DNA from: Spirochaetaceae bacterium UBA1318
Lineage (GTDB): Bacteria; Spirochaetota; Spirochaetia; Treponematales; UBA1318
Direction: 5' to 3'
Assembly (NCBI GenBank): GCA_002307015.1
Contig: DBTK01000094.1
Span: forward strand, 24,449-88,448
Length of the DNA stretch: 64,000 nt
This document shows, in pieces, positions 45,011 to 53,567 of the stretch; position 1 is the first letter of the stretch; every line of letters starts with the position of its first letter. The translations under genes were made by a program, and so were the position numbers. The notes under the pieces were generated by a model. It was not told where the DNA came from and did not search any database. It saw only the letters and a list, made by a program, of their open reading frames with translations.

Positions 45011-45915
45011 CCGGATACTACGATTCGAGGGCGGAAGAGGATTTCAACAAGGTCAGGACCCAGGAGCTCCTGGGCCGGATCCAGAATTTCATGAACCCGG
45101 ACAAGAGACGACTGCTCTCCCTCACCGAGGTTAAATCCCTCCTCAGGCCGAACTCCGAGTACTATAAGGGGATGCAGACCGTTCCGGTCGACCTCATCGT
45201 CGGCAGCGAGGGCAGGTACCGGGACTTCGACAGCCATTTCCTGCCCAAGCACGGCTATCTCCGCTCCCGCTGGCAGAGCGTCGACCAGGCGAACCTCAAC
45301 GACACGATACTTCCCGCCATCACCCTCTACGAGATCGGCGGGGTCTACTTCGTCAGGGACGGCAACCACCGCGTCTCGGTCGCCAAGGCCAAGGGGGTCG
45401 CGGCCATCGACGCCGAGGTGATCGGACTCGCCTCCGAGATCCTGATCAGGCCGGGCATGACCATCGAGGACCTGAGGCGCGAGGTCCTGAACTACGAGAA
45501 GCGGGTGTTCTATAATGAGACGAATTTTGGGGAGCTGACCGACTACTGGGACCTGAACTTCTCATCCCCCGGCCGATTCGACGAGGTCTACAACCACATC
45601 CTGGGGCACAAGTACTTCATCAACCAGGGGAAAAAGGAGGAGATTTCCTTCGCCGACGCCCTCGTTTCCTGGTACCAGAACGTGTACCGGCCCATCATCG
45701 ACGCGATCACGGAGTCCCGCATCGTTTCCCGGTTTCCGGACAGGACGACGGCCGACCTCTATGTGTTCATCGTCAAGCACTGGGACGGCCTGAAGAAGCA
45801 GTTCGGGGTGAACGTCAGGATCGAGGACGCGGCCAAGGATTTCTCGAGGCAGTTCGGGCTTCCCCTGCGCGTCCGCATCGTCAACGCGCTCTCGGGCATC
45901 ATCCGGCGGAAATAA
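45007..45915 (+). CDS. ParB/Srx-fold (ParB-like nuclease domain) protein with C-terminal helical domain (DUF4032-like?)
   Basis: ATGA overlap with the upstream stop. YFVRDGNHRVSVAKAKG matches the ParB/sulfiredoxin DGxHR core. The C-terminal HILGHKYFINQGKKEEISFADAL region is of uncertain family. Confidence 0.7.
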   Translation: MTGYYDSRAEEDFNKVRTQELLGRIQNFMNPDKRRLLSLTEVKSLLRPNSEYYKGMQTVPVDLIVGSEGRYRDFDSHFLPKHGYLRSRWQSVDQANLNDTILPAITLYEIGGVYFVRDGNHRVSVAKAKGVAAIDAEVIGLASEILIRPGMTIEDLRREVLNYEKRVFYNETNFGELTDYWDLNFSSPGRFDEVYNHILGHKYFINQGKKEEISFADALVSWYQNVYRPIIDAITESRIVSRFPDRTTADLYVFIVKHWDGLKKQFGVNVRIEDAAKDFSRQFGLPLRVRIVNALSGIIRRK

Positions 45916-45990
45916 ATTTCCGGCGGGCAATAATCCCGGCCGAAGTTCAGGCAGAAGCGACCTGCCTCGCGGGCGAGGGCCGGCACCCCT

Positions 45991-46236
45991 TCAGTCCCCG
46001 GGACCGTCCTCGTCGACCACCTCGGGCGAGGATTCCTGGACCGATTTGACCGCGGCCGCCGCCGCCCGTTTCTGGGAGGGCTTCCGCTGCGGGGCCGAGG
46101 AAATCGGCGGCTTCTTCTTCGGATTCACCACGAACTTCACCAGGCTCCAGTAGAGCAGGAAGGCCCCCGTCACGGCAAGAACCTGCCAGGACAGGAACAC
46201 CTGCTTCAGAACTTCGATCAATTGGGTCGTATCCAT
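45991..46236 (-). CDS. small hypothetical membrane protein
   Basis: 81 aa with a GTGAGG SD. One TM helix (WQVLAVTGAFLLYWSLV), then a basic segment and an acidic tail. Lies 6 nt downstream of mutS2. Confidence 0.55.
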   Translation of the reverse strand: MDTTQLIEVLKQVFLSWQVLAVTGAFLLYWSLVKFVVNPKKKPPISSAPQRKPSQKRAAAAAVKSVQESSPEVVDEDGPGD

Positions 46237-46242
46237 GGCGCC

Positions 46243-48606
46243 TCACTTCATCCGGACGATGGTTTTGCCCGCCCCGCCCTGCTCGGGAAGGGCGAAGAAA
46301 TACTCGACGACGCCGCGGTAGCCCTTCAGGTACTCGTGGACGCCCTTCATGAGGATGCCGTCCCCCTTGCCGTGGATGACGCCGAACTCCGAGAGCCCCG
46401 CCATCGCGGCGAGGTCCAGCTGGTGCTCGAGCATGGACATCGCCTCCTCGAAGCGCCGGCCCCTGAGGTCGAGCTCGAAGGCCGGGGCCTCGCCCGTCCC
46501 GACCCCGGTGTAGGTGACGCTCGCGCTCGGCTTCCGGCTTTCCCTCACCGCCGTCAGGCTCGATTCGGGAACGGTGACCCTGATCGTGTCGGTCTCGACG
46601 GTCCAGAATCCCTTCTTGGCCTTGCGGACCACCGTCCCCCGCCGCCTTCCCGGCTCGACGAGGACCTGGATACCCTCCCGTATCGGTTCGCCGGGAAGGG
46701 GCTTGGGTGCCTCGGCCTCCACCTCGGCGACGTAGCTCTCCTCCTGGACCTTGACCCTGGTCTCGAGCTCCTTGATGAACTCCTTCACCTTGACGGTCTT
46801 TTCCCGGGTCAGCTCGCCCTCCTTGAGCTCCCTCACCAGGTTCTCGAGTGAGCTGCGGGAATCGACGAGAAGCCGGTTCAGGTCGCTGATCCCGCGCTCG
46901 CGGAGTTCGAGCTCCTTCTGCTTGAGGCGGAGGGCCTTGAGGTCGGTCGAGCGGATATCCTCCATCAGGGTCGAGCGCTTCTTGAGCTGTTCGCGCTCCA
47001 GGTCCTCGAGCTCCCGGTGCTTGGTCTTGAGCCCCTTGATGAGCTCCGAGACGTTGGCCCGTTCGTCCTTGAGGTAGCTCCGGGCCCGGTCGATGATCGC
47101 CTTCGGGATATGGTTGTGCTCGGCGACGTCGAGGGCGTGGCTCTCTCCCGGGATGCCCATCAGGATGCGGTAGGTCGGCGAGAGGGTCCGGGAATCGAAG
47201 TCGACGGAGGCGTTCACCACCCCCGGCCTCGTGTAGCCGTAGTTCTTGAGGATGCCGTGGTGGGTCGTGATGAGGACGACCGAGCCGCTTTCGATGAAGC
47301 TGTCCAGCAGGGACATCGCGATGGCCGAGCCCTCCTCCGGATCGGTGCCCGAGCCGAGTTCGTCGAGCAGCACGAGGGAGTCCTTCGTCGCCCTCTCCAC
47401 GATGGAGGCGATGGCCGTCATGTGGCCCGAGAAGGTCGAGAGGGACTGGCTGATCGACTGCTCGTCGCCGATGTCGGCGTAGATCCCGTCGAAATGGGCG
47501 ATGGTCGATCCTTCCCGTACCGGGAGGGCGAGGCCGAACTGGTTCATGGCCGCGAGGAGGCCGGCCGTCTTCAGGGCGATGGTCTTTCCGCCCGTGTTCG
47601 GCCCCGTGATGATGACGACGCGGGTTCCGCTTTCCAGGGCGAGGTCGATGGGAACCGCCTTCCGCCCGAGGAGGGGGTGCCTGGCGCCCTTGAGGGTGAT
47701 CCCGGATTCGGCGAGGGTGGCGAAGCTCGAGTCGTGGTCGATCCCGTACCTCGCCCGGGCGTAGATCCCGTCGAGGAAGGTGATCTCGTCCATCATGGGC
47801 CCCAGAGCCTCGGCATGGACTGAAACCTCGGCCGTGACCCGCCTCAGGATCTTCAGGATCTCCTGCTTGAGGTCGTTCTCCTCCCAGACCACGCGGTTGT
47901 TCTTTTCGAGCACGTCGTCGGGCTCGATGTAGACCGTCTGGCCGGTCGCCGAGACCTCGTGGACGACTCCCCTCACCCGTCCCTTGAAGTTCGCCTTGAG
48001 GGGGAGGACGGCCCGGCCGTCGCGGAGGGTCGTCGTGCCCGACTGGAAGAAGGACCGGGTCTCGTCCCCGAAGAGGTAGCGCGAGGTGAGGGTCTCGATG
48101 TCCCGCTGGAGGGCCCTGATCCGGCTTCTGATGTCGCGGAGCTCGACGAGGTCCCTCATGGTCCCGTCCCGCTCGATGACGGCGAACACCGCCCTGGGAA
48201 GCTCGGGTATGTCCGGTATCTTTTCGGCCTCGCCGGCGAGGGGGGCCGTATCGAGCCTCCCCCCCGACTTGGTCGAGGAGAGGTAGCGCTTGAGCTTGAG
48301 GGCCGACTCGACGTAGATCGCCAGGGCGAGAAGATCCTCCTCGTCCAGGGCGACGCCCTCCTTGCCCAGCTTGGGCAGGATGGAGGCGACGGCGGGGAAG
48401 CTCAGCTGGGGCATCTCCTCCCCCGACCTGAGGACGTCGGTGAAGCGGCTCGTGAAATCGCGGCATTCGGCGGCGGCCCCGGGGTCGGTGAAGGGGATCT
48501 GGGAAAGCACGAGGTCCCTGCCCTCCTCGCTCATGCAGCTCGAGGCGACCGTTTCGCGGACCGAGGCGAATTCGAGAAGCTCGAGGCTCCTCTCGTCAAT
48601 AGCCAT
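46243..48606 (-). CDS. mutS2: endonuclease MutS2 (MutS domain + C-terminal Smr domain)
   Basis: Walker A GPNTGGKT, LLDELGSGTDPEEG, and C-terminal Smr LDLRGRRFEEAM...VIHGKGDGIL. Confidence 0.95.
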   Translation of the reverse strand: MAIDERSLELLEFASVRETVASSCMSEEGRDLVLSQIPFTDPGAAAECRDFTSRFTDVLRSGEEMPQLSFPAVASILPKLGKEGVALDEEDLLALAIYVESALKLKRYLSSTKSGGRLDTAPLAGEAEKIPDIPELPRAVFAVIERDGTMRDLVELRDIRSRIRALQRDIETLTSRYLFGDETRSFFQSGTTTLRDGRAVLPLKANFKGRVRGVVHEVSATGQTVYIEPDDVLEKNNRVVWEENDLKQEILKILRRVTAEVSVHAEALGPMMDEITFLDGIYARARYGIDHDSSFATLAESGITLKGARHPLLGRKAVPIDLALESGTRVVIITGPNTGGKTIALKTAGLLAAMNQFGLALPVREGSTIAHFDGIYADIGDEQSISQSLSTFSGHMTAIASIVERATKDSLVLLDELGSGTDPEEGSAIAMSLLDSFIESGSVVLITTHHGILKNYGYTRPGVVNASVDFDSRTLSPTYRILMGIPGESHALDVAEHNHIPKAIIDRARSYLKDERANVSELIKGLKTKHRELEDLEREQLKKRSTLMEDIRSTDLKALRLKQKELELRERGISDLNRLLVDSRSSLENLVRELKEGELTREKTVKVKEFIKELETRVKVQEESYVAEVEAEAPKPLPGEPIREGIQVLVEPGRRRGTVVRKAKKGFWTVETDTIRVTVPESSLTAVRESRKPSASVTYTGVGTGEAPAFELDLRGRRFEEAMSMLEHQLDLAAMAGLSEFGVIHGKGDGILMKGVHEYLKGYRGVVEYFFALPEQGGAGKTIVRMK

Positions 48607-49513
48607 CTCCCAACTCCTCCCTGATTCTCAGGAAGCTTTCGTAGCGGTCCTCGTGGATGTAGCCGGCGTAGACCGCCTCCATGATCTTGCAGCCCGGCTC
48701 GATCGTGTGGCTGCAATCCGAATAGCTGCACTGGTTCGCGAGCTCCCGGAACTCGGGCATCAGCGAGGCGAGGGCCGACCTCGCCACGTGGGTCAGGGCG
48801 AGGTTCCTGATGCCGGGGGTATCGACGATCGAATAGCTCCTTCCGTCGACGCTCGCCCGTTCGAGCCTGGCGAGGGTCGTGGTGTGGGAGCCGCGGCCGT
48901 ACTTCTCGACGAGGGCGCTGACCCGGTAGGATCGGCCGGGGCAGAGGAGGTTGAGGAGGGATGTCTTGCCGACCCCGGATTGGCCGACGAAGGCGACCGT
49001 CGATCCCGCTATCCTCGAGACGAACTCGGGGATTCCCTTCCCCGTCCTGGCTGATACGTAGTTCGTCAGGTAGCCGATCCTCTCGAAGTCGGCCATGCGC
49101 TCCTCGACGTCCTCCGAGATCTCGAGATCGGCCTTGTTGAGCACGATGAGGGGCCTGATCCCGGCCTCCTCGCAGAGGACGAGGCAGCGGTCCAGGAATC
49201 GCGGCCTGAACGGCGGCTCGTCCGGGGTCGCGACGCAGCAGAGCCAGTCGATGTTCGCCGCCAGGACCTGGGGCTTGTCGCCCTTGATGTTCCAGCGCGA
49301 GAAGGCGTTCCGCCTCTCCACGAGCGAGGTGATGAGGCCGGTGCCGGGACTGCCATCGTCGAGGGAAAACTCGACCGTGTCGCCCGGGGCGAGGGGATTG
49401 TAGAAGCCGACCGAGCCCTTGAGCACCTTGCCCTTGATCCCGCAGACCACGAGAGCGTCCCCGCACTCGACCGAGAACCGGTTCTTGGTTCCCGTAATGA
49501 CCGTGCCGGTCAC
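48596..49513 (-). CDS. rsgA: ribosome small-subunit-dependent GTPase A
   Basis: Circularly permuted GTPase motifs VLNKADL, GQSGVGKTSLLN, DTPGIR, and zinc motif CSYSDCSHTIEPGC. Confidence 0.93.
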   Translation of the reverse strand: MTGTVITGTKNRFSVECGDALVVCGIKGKVLKGSVGFYNPLAPGDTVEFSLDDGSPGTGLITSLVERRNAFSRWNIKGDKPQVLAANIDWLCCVATPDEPPFRPRFLDRCLVLCEEAGIRPLIVLNKADLEISEDVEERMADFERIGYLTNYVSARTGKGIPEFVSRIAGSTVAFVGQSGVGKTSLLNLLCPGRSYRVSALVEKYGRGSHTTTLARLERASVDGRSYSIVDTPGIRNLALTHVARSALASLMPEFRELANQCSYSDCSHTIEPGCKIMEAVYAGYIHEDRYESFLRIREELGDGY

Positions 49514-50307
49514 GGGAGGGTTCCCCCGATTTCCATGCCGAAGTAGCGGGCGAATCGATCGTAGCTCTCCTCGACGGGATCTGGGCCGGTCACGAAAAGC
49601 TCGGCCGAACCCCGCCCCGAAGCCCCCGATCGTCCTTTCTCGCCGAGAACGGCGAGGGCCCGGGAGCCGACGCCCTCACGCGAATCCATCACCTCGACCC
49701 CGGGACCTGCGAGCTCCCGGATCTCGTCGGCGAGGTAGAGGAAGTGGGTGCAGGCGAGGACGATCTCGTCGACCGAGGCGCGACCGAACTCGGCCGCCGC
49801 GTCGCGAACGATGGCGAGCTTTTCCTCGGCCCCCGAGTCGAAAAAGCGCTTCTCGACGAAGCTCACGATGTCGGGCCCGGCAATCCTGACGACCTCGCAG
49901 TCGCTGGCGAACTGCTCGACGAGGCGGTCGACGTAGGCGTCGTTCACCGTCCTCATCGTGGCCAGGAGCCCGATCCGTTTCCTTCGCGACCTGGCGGCGG
50001 CCGGCTTGATGGCGGGCACCGTCCCGACGATGGGGATGGAAAAGCGCTCGCGGAGCCGCTCCAGGGCGACGACGCTCGCGGTATTGCAGGCGACGATCAG
50101 GATCTTCGGGTCCGTCCTCTCGATGAGCTTCCGCGCCGTCGATTCGACGATGTCGAGAACGGCCTCCTTCGTCTTCTCGCCGTAGGGAAAATTCGCCCGG
50201 TCGGCGGCGTAGACGTAGCGCTCGGCGGGCGCCTTTTGGCGAAGCCAGGCGAAGTACGGCAACCCGCCGACGCCCGAATCGAGGAATCCTATCGGTTTTT
50301 CATTCAT
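49510..50307 (-). CDS. murI: glutamate racemase
   Basis: ORF 49510..50355. ATG 50307 gives MNEKPIGFLDSGVGGLPY. Catalytic Cys contexts VACNTAS and LACTHF. Confidence 0.92.
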   Translation of the reverse strand: MNEKPIGFLDSGVGGLPYFAWLRQKAPAERYVYAADRANFPYGEKTKEAVLDIVESTARKLIERTDPKILIVACNTASVVALERLRERFSIPIVGTVPAIKPAAARSRRKRIGLLATMRTVNDAYVDRLVEQFASDCEVVRIAGPDIVSFVEKRFFDSGAEEKLAIVRDAAAEFGRASVDEIVLACTHFLYLADEIRELAGPGVEVMDSREGVGSRALAVLGEKGRSGASGRGSAELFVTGPDPVEESYDRFARYFGMEIGGTLP

Positions 50308-50599
50308 CCTTGAACAATCCGGAAAAACGCTCGCGCGCCCGGTTCTCCTTGTCACGGCCGCCGGCCTCGCCGGTCGAGGCTTCGTGGAATTTCGGGTTTA
50401 CGGAAAAGCTGTCGCAGAAGTTGCTCCGCTCCTTGTCGACGACCTGTTCGTCGACGGTTTCAGCGCAATCCCAATGGACCCCTGGCGTATAGAAGCGGCA
50501 GTTCCGGCAGACGTGAAGATCCCTGCCGCACCCCTCGCAGACCGCGGTACGGGCTATCCCGGAGCCGCGGGCGATAGGACTTCCACAATGGTAGCACAT
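50300..50599 (-). CDS. small Cys-rich (multi CxxC) zinc-ribbon-like hypothetical protein
   Basis: ORF 50300..50686. ATG 50599 sits 6 nt after a TATCAT -10 box. MCYHCGSPI...CEGCGRDLHVCRNCRFY...WDCAE...FCDSF. Overlaps the murI start by 8 nt. Confidence 0.65.
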   Translation of the reverse strand: MCYHCGSPIARGSGIARTAVCEGCGRDLHVCRNCRFYTPGVHWDCAETVDEQVVDKERSNFCDSFSVNPKFHEASTGEAGGRDKENRARERFSGLFKDE

Positions 50600-50605
50600 G
50601 GTCCC

Positions 50606-50634
50606 ATGATACCCCATATTGCCGATTGCTGCAA
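50606..50634 (-). promoter_or_regulatory. sigma70-like promoter abutting the zinc-ribbon gene start
   Basis: Minus strand TTGCAG-17 nt-TATCAT, then GGGACC (6 nt) before ATG 50599. Confidence 0.4.
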
Positions 50635-50680
50635 GAAAGCCCCTTTCCGAGCCGGCCCGAATCGCCCCGCTCCGACGAGG

Positions 50681-50709
50681 TTGCATTTTCGCATGTGGCG
50701 AGGTATTCT
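50681..50709 (+). promoter_or_regulatory. sigma70-like promoter abutting the pentapeptide-repeat gene start
   Basis: TTGCAT-17 nt-TATTCT, then TTCCCC (6 nt, no SD) before ATG 50716. Confidence 0.4.
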
Positions 50710-50715
50710 TTCCCC

Positions 50716-51315
50716 ATGTACCAGCCCGTGCCCTGCTCGTCTCCCGGATGCAGCCGATACGCCCTCAGCGGAACGACATCCTGCTTTGAACACCTGGGCG
50801 ATGGTGAGATAGGCATTCAGGGGGTCATCGACACGATCCTGATCGGCGATCCCTTAAGGGATTTCAACCTTTCCGGCACGACCCTCCTCGGGCTCGATCT
50901 CTCGCATCGGCATTTTTCCGGCTGCGTATTCTCCCACGCCGTGCTCAACGCCGTCCTGTTCACCGGATGCCAGTTCAGGGCCTGCTTCTTCGAGTTCTGC
51001 AATATCGTTTCCTGCGATTTCTCCAACGCCGACATACAGTTCTGCTCCTTCGCCGGCTCGAAGGTGCTCAACACGAGCTTCGAGAACTCCGAGGTCGTCC
51101 ACGACAACTTCAACGGCATCTCGGCGTTCGAATGCACCTTCAACGAATCGAACCTCTACAATTCGAGGTTCATCAACTCGAAACTCGATACCGTCGATTT
51201 CGTCGACTGCGATCTCAAGAAGGCCTTCTTCCTCGGAGCGACCCAGAAGAACGTGTCGTTCAAGTCCTCCAATACCCAGGAAGCGATATTTAAAGAGGAT
51301 ACCCAGTACATATGA
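50716..51315 (+). CDS. pentapeptide repeat protein
   Basis: ORF 50626..51315. ATG 50716 sits 6 nt after a TATTCT -10 box. Runs of A(D/N)LxF-type pentapeptides (DLSHRHFSGCVFSHAVLNAVLFTGCQFRACFFEFCNIVSCDFSNADIQFCSF...). Confidence 0.85.
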   Translation: MYQPVPCSSPGCSRYALSGTTSCFEHLGDGEIGIQGVIDTILIGDPLRDFNLSGTTLLGLDLSHRHFSGCVFSHAVLNAVLFTGCQFRACFFEFCNIVSCDFSNADIQFCSFAGSKVLNTSFENSEVVHDNFNGISAFECTFNESNLYNSRFINSKLDTVDFVDCDLKKAFFLGATQKNVSFKSSNTQEAIFKEDTQYI

Positions 51316-51917
51316 ACGTCTACTTCCACTATTCCCTGTACGGTTTCTCGAACACCTACCTCGTCGGCGGGGATTCGGGCGGAGACGCCATCATCGTCGA
51401 CCCGGGAAGCATGGATGCGAACCTTCTGGAGTATATCGAGGGGAACGGCTACAGCATCCGCGCCGTGCTGATGACCCACAACCATACGGCCCACGTGCAC
51501 GGCATCAAGACCCTTCTCAAGATCTACCCGGCCGAGCTCTATTCCTCGAATGCCGAGATCTTCGACCTTCCCTGCACGATCCTCCACGACGGGGAGCACA
51601 TCGAGCTCTGCGGACTTTCGGTCGACGTGTTTTCCGTTCCCGGCCATTCGTCCGACTCCCTCGCCTTCAGGATCGGGGACTGCCTTTTCACGGGGGATGC
51701 GCTTTCGGCGGGAAGGCTCGGATCCACGACCCATGCCCACGGCCTGACCCTGCTCTACGCGAACATCAAGAAGAAGCTGATACCGCAGTGCCAGGGCTGC
51801 TTCGTCTTCCCTGGTCACGGCCCGCCTTCCTCGATAGAGGCCGAGCTCGCGAGCAACCATGAACTCGCCTCCCCGCCGGCGGACAAGGTCCGTCGAACCT
51901 TCAGCGATGCTTTCTAG
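51312..51917 (+). CDS. MBL-fold metallo-hydrolase
   Basis: Motifs THNHTAHVHG (an HxHxDH variant with Ala in place of Asp), VPGHS, TGDAL and PGHG. ATGA overlap with the pentapeptide gene stop. Confidence 0.85.
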   Translation: MNVYFHYSLYGFSNTYLVGGDSGGDAIIVDPGSMDANLLEYIEGNGYSIRAVLMTHNHTAHVHGIKTLLKIYPAELYSSNAEIFDLPCTILHDGEHIELCGLSVDVFSVPGHSSDSLAFRIGDCLFTGDALSAGRLGSTTHAHGLTLLYANIKKKLIPQCQGCFVFPGHGPPSSIEAELASNHELASPPADKVRRTFSDAF

Positions 51918-51931
51918 CCGGCTGTCGGAGG

Positions 51932-53566
51932 TTACTGGACGGTGCGGCCGTCGGGGAGCCCGTATTTTTTCGCCAGGAAGTCGCTCAGTTTTTTTTCGGC
52001 CTCGGGAAAAGCGTCGCCGAACTTCTCGGCGAAGGCGTTGAGGCTTTCGGTCCTGTCGGGATAGGCCTTCTCGAGGCGCTCGATGATGGTCTTGGTGAAG
52101 TAATCCTTGATCAGCGGAACCGGCTGCTGCATGAAGTAGGCCTGGAACTCGTTCACGATCAGATAGGGATCCGCGATATTGTACCGCATGTAGCTGAAGT
52201 AGTAGATGATAAAATCCTTGACCGCCGGATCGAGGGGTTTCCACACGGTCTTGCAGAAATCCCGATACTCGGGATCGATGAAGAAAATACCGTGGTAGGA
52301 CTCGTGGCCGAGAAAAAGGGAGCGCAGGTAGTCGCTCGATTCCCGCGATATGGAAATGATGGCGCCCTCCCCCGCCGCGATCCCGTCGGCAGTCTTCCTG
52401 ATGATCCCGGCCTTGATCAGGATGTCCCGGCACTCGAGCTCTTGCTCGTTCAGGGGGAATCTCTCCTTCTCGGCCTTTTCGAAAAAGGCGGCGAGGTCCT
52501 CGGAACGGTAGTCGTGGGCGTTCCATCCGTGCTGGGTCGCGATGTCGCTGTCGGCCATGAGCTTTCCGCTGTAGCCCTTTTTCTCGACAAAGAAGGCTAT
52601 CCTTTTGAACAGGCTGTCCTGGATCGCGTAATCCCGCGTGTCGAAGATCAGGATCGACGGGAATCTCGCCCACCGATAGACCTCGAATTCCGGTCTCCGC
52701 CAGGAAGCCTCACGGTACCTGAGGATGGCTCCCGGGTCGATCGTCGGCGGATCGTCGGCGGAATCCATCTGTGTCACGTCGAGGGAAACGATCGTCGAGC
52801 CCGGCGGCGGTATGAGGTCGAGGGTTCTGGTTTTCTCGGGAAAAAGCCCGTTGTAGGCGACGGCCGTGCCGAGGCCGGCCGCGGCACGAAAGGGAAACAC
52901 GGCGGTTTTCGTCCCGCCCCTGGCCTCGAACCGCCCCGGCGCTCCCTTTTTCTCCGCCCGGTAGCCGAATCGAACCTGGAAGGCCCCGTCCGCCCGAATC
53001 CCCGCCTCGCCGAGGTCGATGGAAACCCGGTCGACGACGGCGGGATTTCCGGCCGGCCTTACAATGCGGATTCCCTTCGAAAGCACGACCGATTTGCCCG
53101 AGGCGCTCAAGCCCACGAAGCGTTTCGCGATCTCGACAGCGGCGATCCGGGCGGAGGACGCCGGCCTGGCCTTTCCCGTGTCCTCGACGGAGAATCCCGT
53201 CATGGCGAAGCCTGAGGGCAGCGGGACGTAGTAGGAGAAATCCGAGTATTCCGAGGGCAGAACCTCGCGAAGACGAGTCCCTTTCCCCTCGATGGTGAGG
53301 ACGAGGGAACGCAGGGTATTCGAGGAGACGTCGATGCGGAACGAGTAGCCCGCGGAGACGGCGGTTTCGCAGGCGAAGGCGAGGGAACCAGCCGGAGCGG
53401 GCTCGAGGAGCCCTTCCTTTCCCGCGGCCCTTTTCGTCTTCTGGTAGGCCGGCAAGGACTTGCCCGCGGCATCGGTAACCAGAAAATCGTGCACCGGTTC
53501 GGGGGAACAGGAGATCACGAACAGGACCGGGACAAGCACCGAAATGGCGCGAAAAAACCTGGACAT
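51932..53566 (-). CDS. hypothetical lipoprotein with C-terminal HExxH motif
   Basis: Lipobox VLFVISC. C-terminal region LFLGHESYHGIFFIDPEY contains HESYH (HExxH). No family recognised. Confidence 0.7.
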   Translation of the reverse strand: MSRFFRAISVLVPVLFVISCSPEPVHDFLVTDAAGKSLPAYQKTKRAAGKEGLLEPAPAGSLAFACETAVSAGYSFRIDVSSNTLRSLVLTIEGKGTRLREVLPSEYSDFSYYVPLPSGFAMTGFSVEDTGKARPASSARIAAVEIAKRFVGLSASGKSVVLSKGIRIVRPAGNPAVVDRVSIDLGEAGIRADGAFQVRFGYRAEKKGAPGRFEARGGTKTAVFPFRAAAGLGTAVAYNGLFPEKTRTLDLIPPPGSTIVSLDVTQMDSADDPPTIDPGAILRYREASWRRPEFEVYRWARFPSILIFDTRDYAIQDSLFKRIAFFVEKKGYSGKLMADSDIATQHGWNAHDYRSEDLAAFFEKAEKERFPLNEQELECRDILIKAGIIRKTADGIAAGEGAIISISRESSDYLRSLFLGHESYHGIFFIDPEYRDFCKTVWKPLDPAVKDFIIYYFSYMRYNIADPYLIVNEFQAYFMQQPVPLIKDYFTKTIIERLEKAYPDRTESLNAFAEKFGDAFPEAEKKLSDFLAKKYGLPDGRTVQ

Positions 53567-53567
53567 T

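Noticed and set aside
45947-48466. 839-aa minus-strand ORF, out of frame with mutS2
   Set aside because: It is extremely R/G/P-rich. The alternative frame (46243..48606) encodes a textbook MutS2 with Walker A and Smr motifs.
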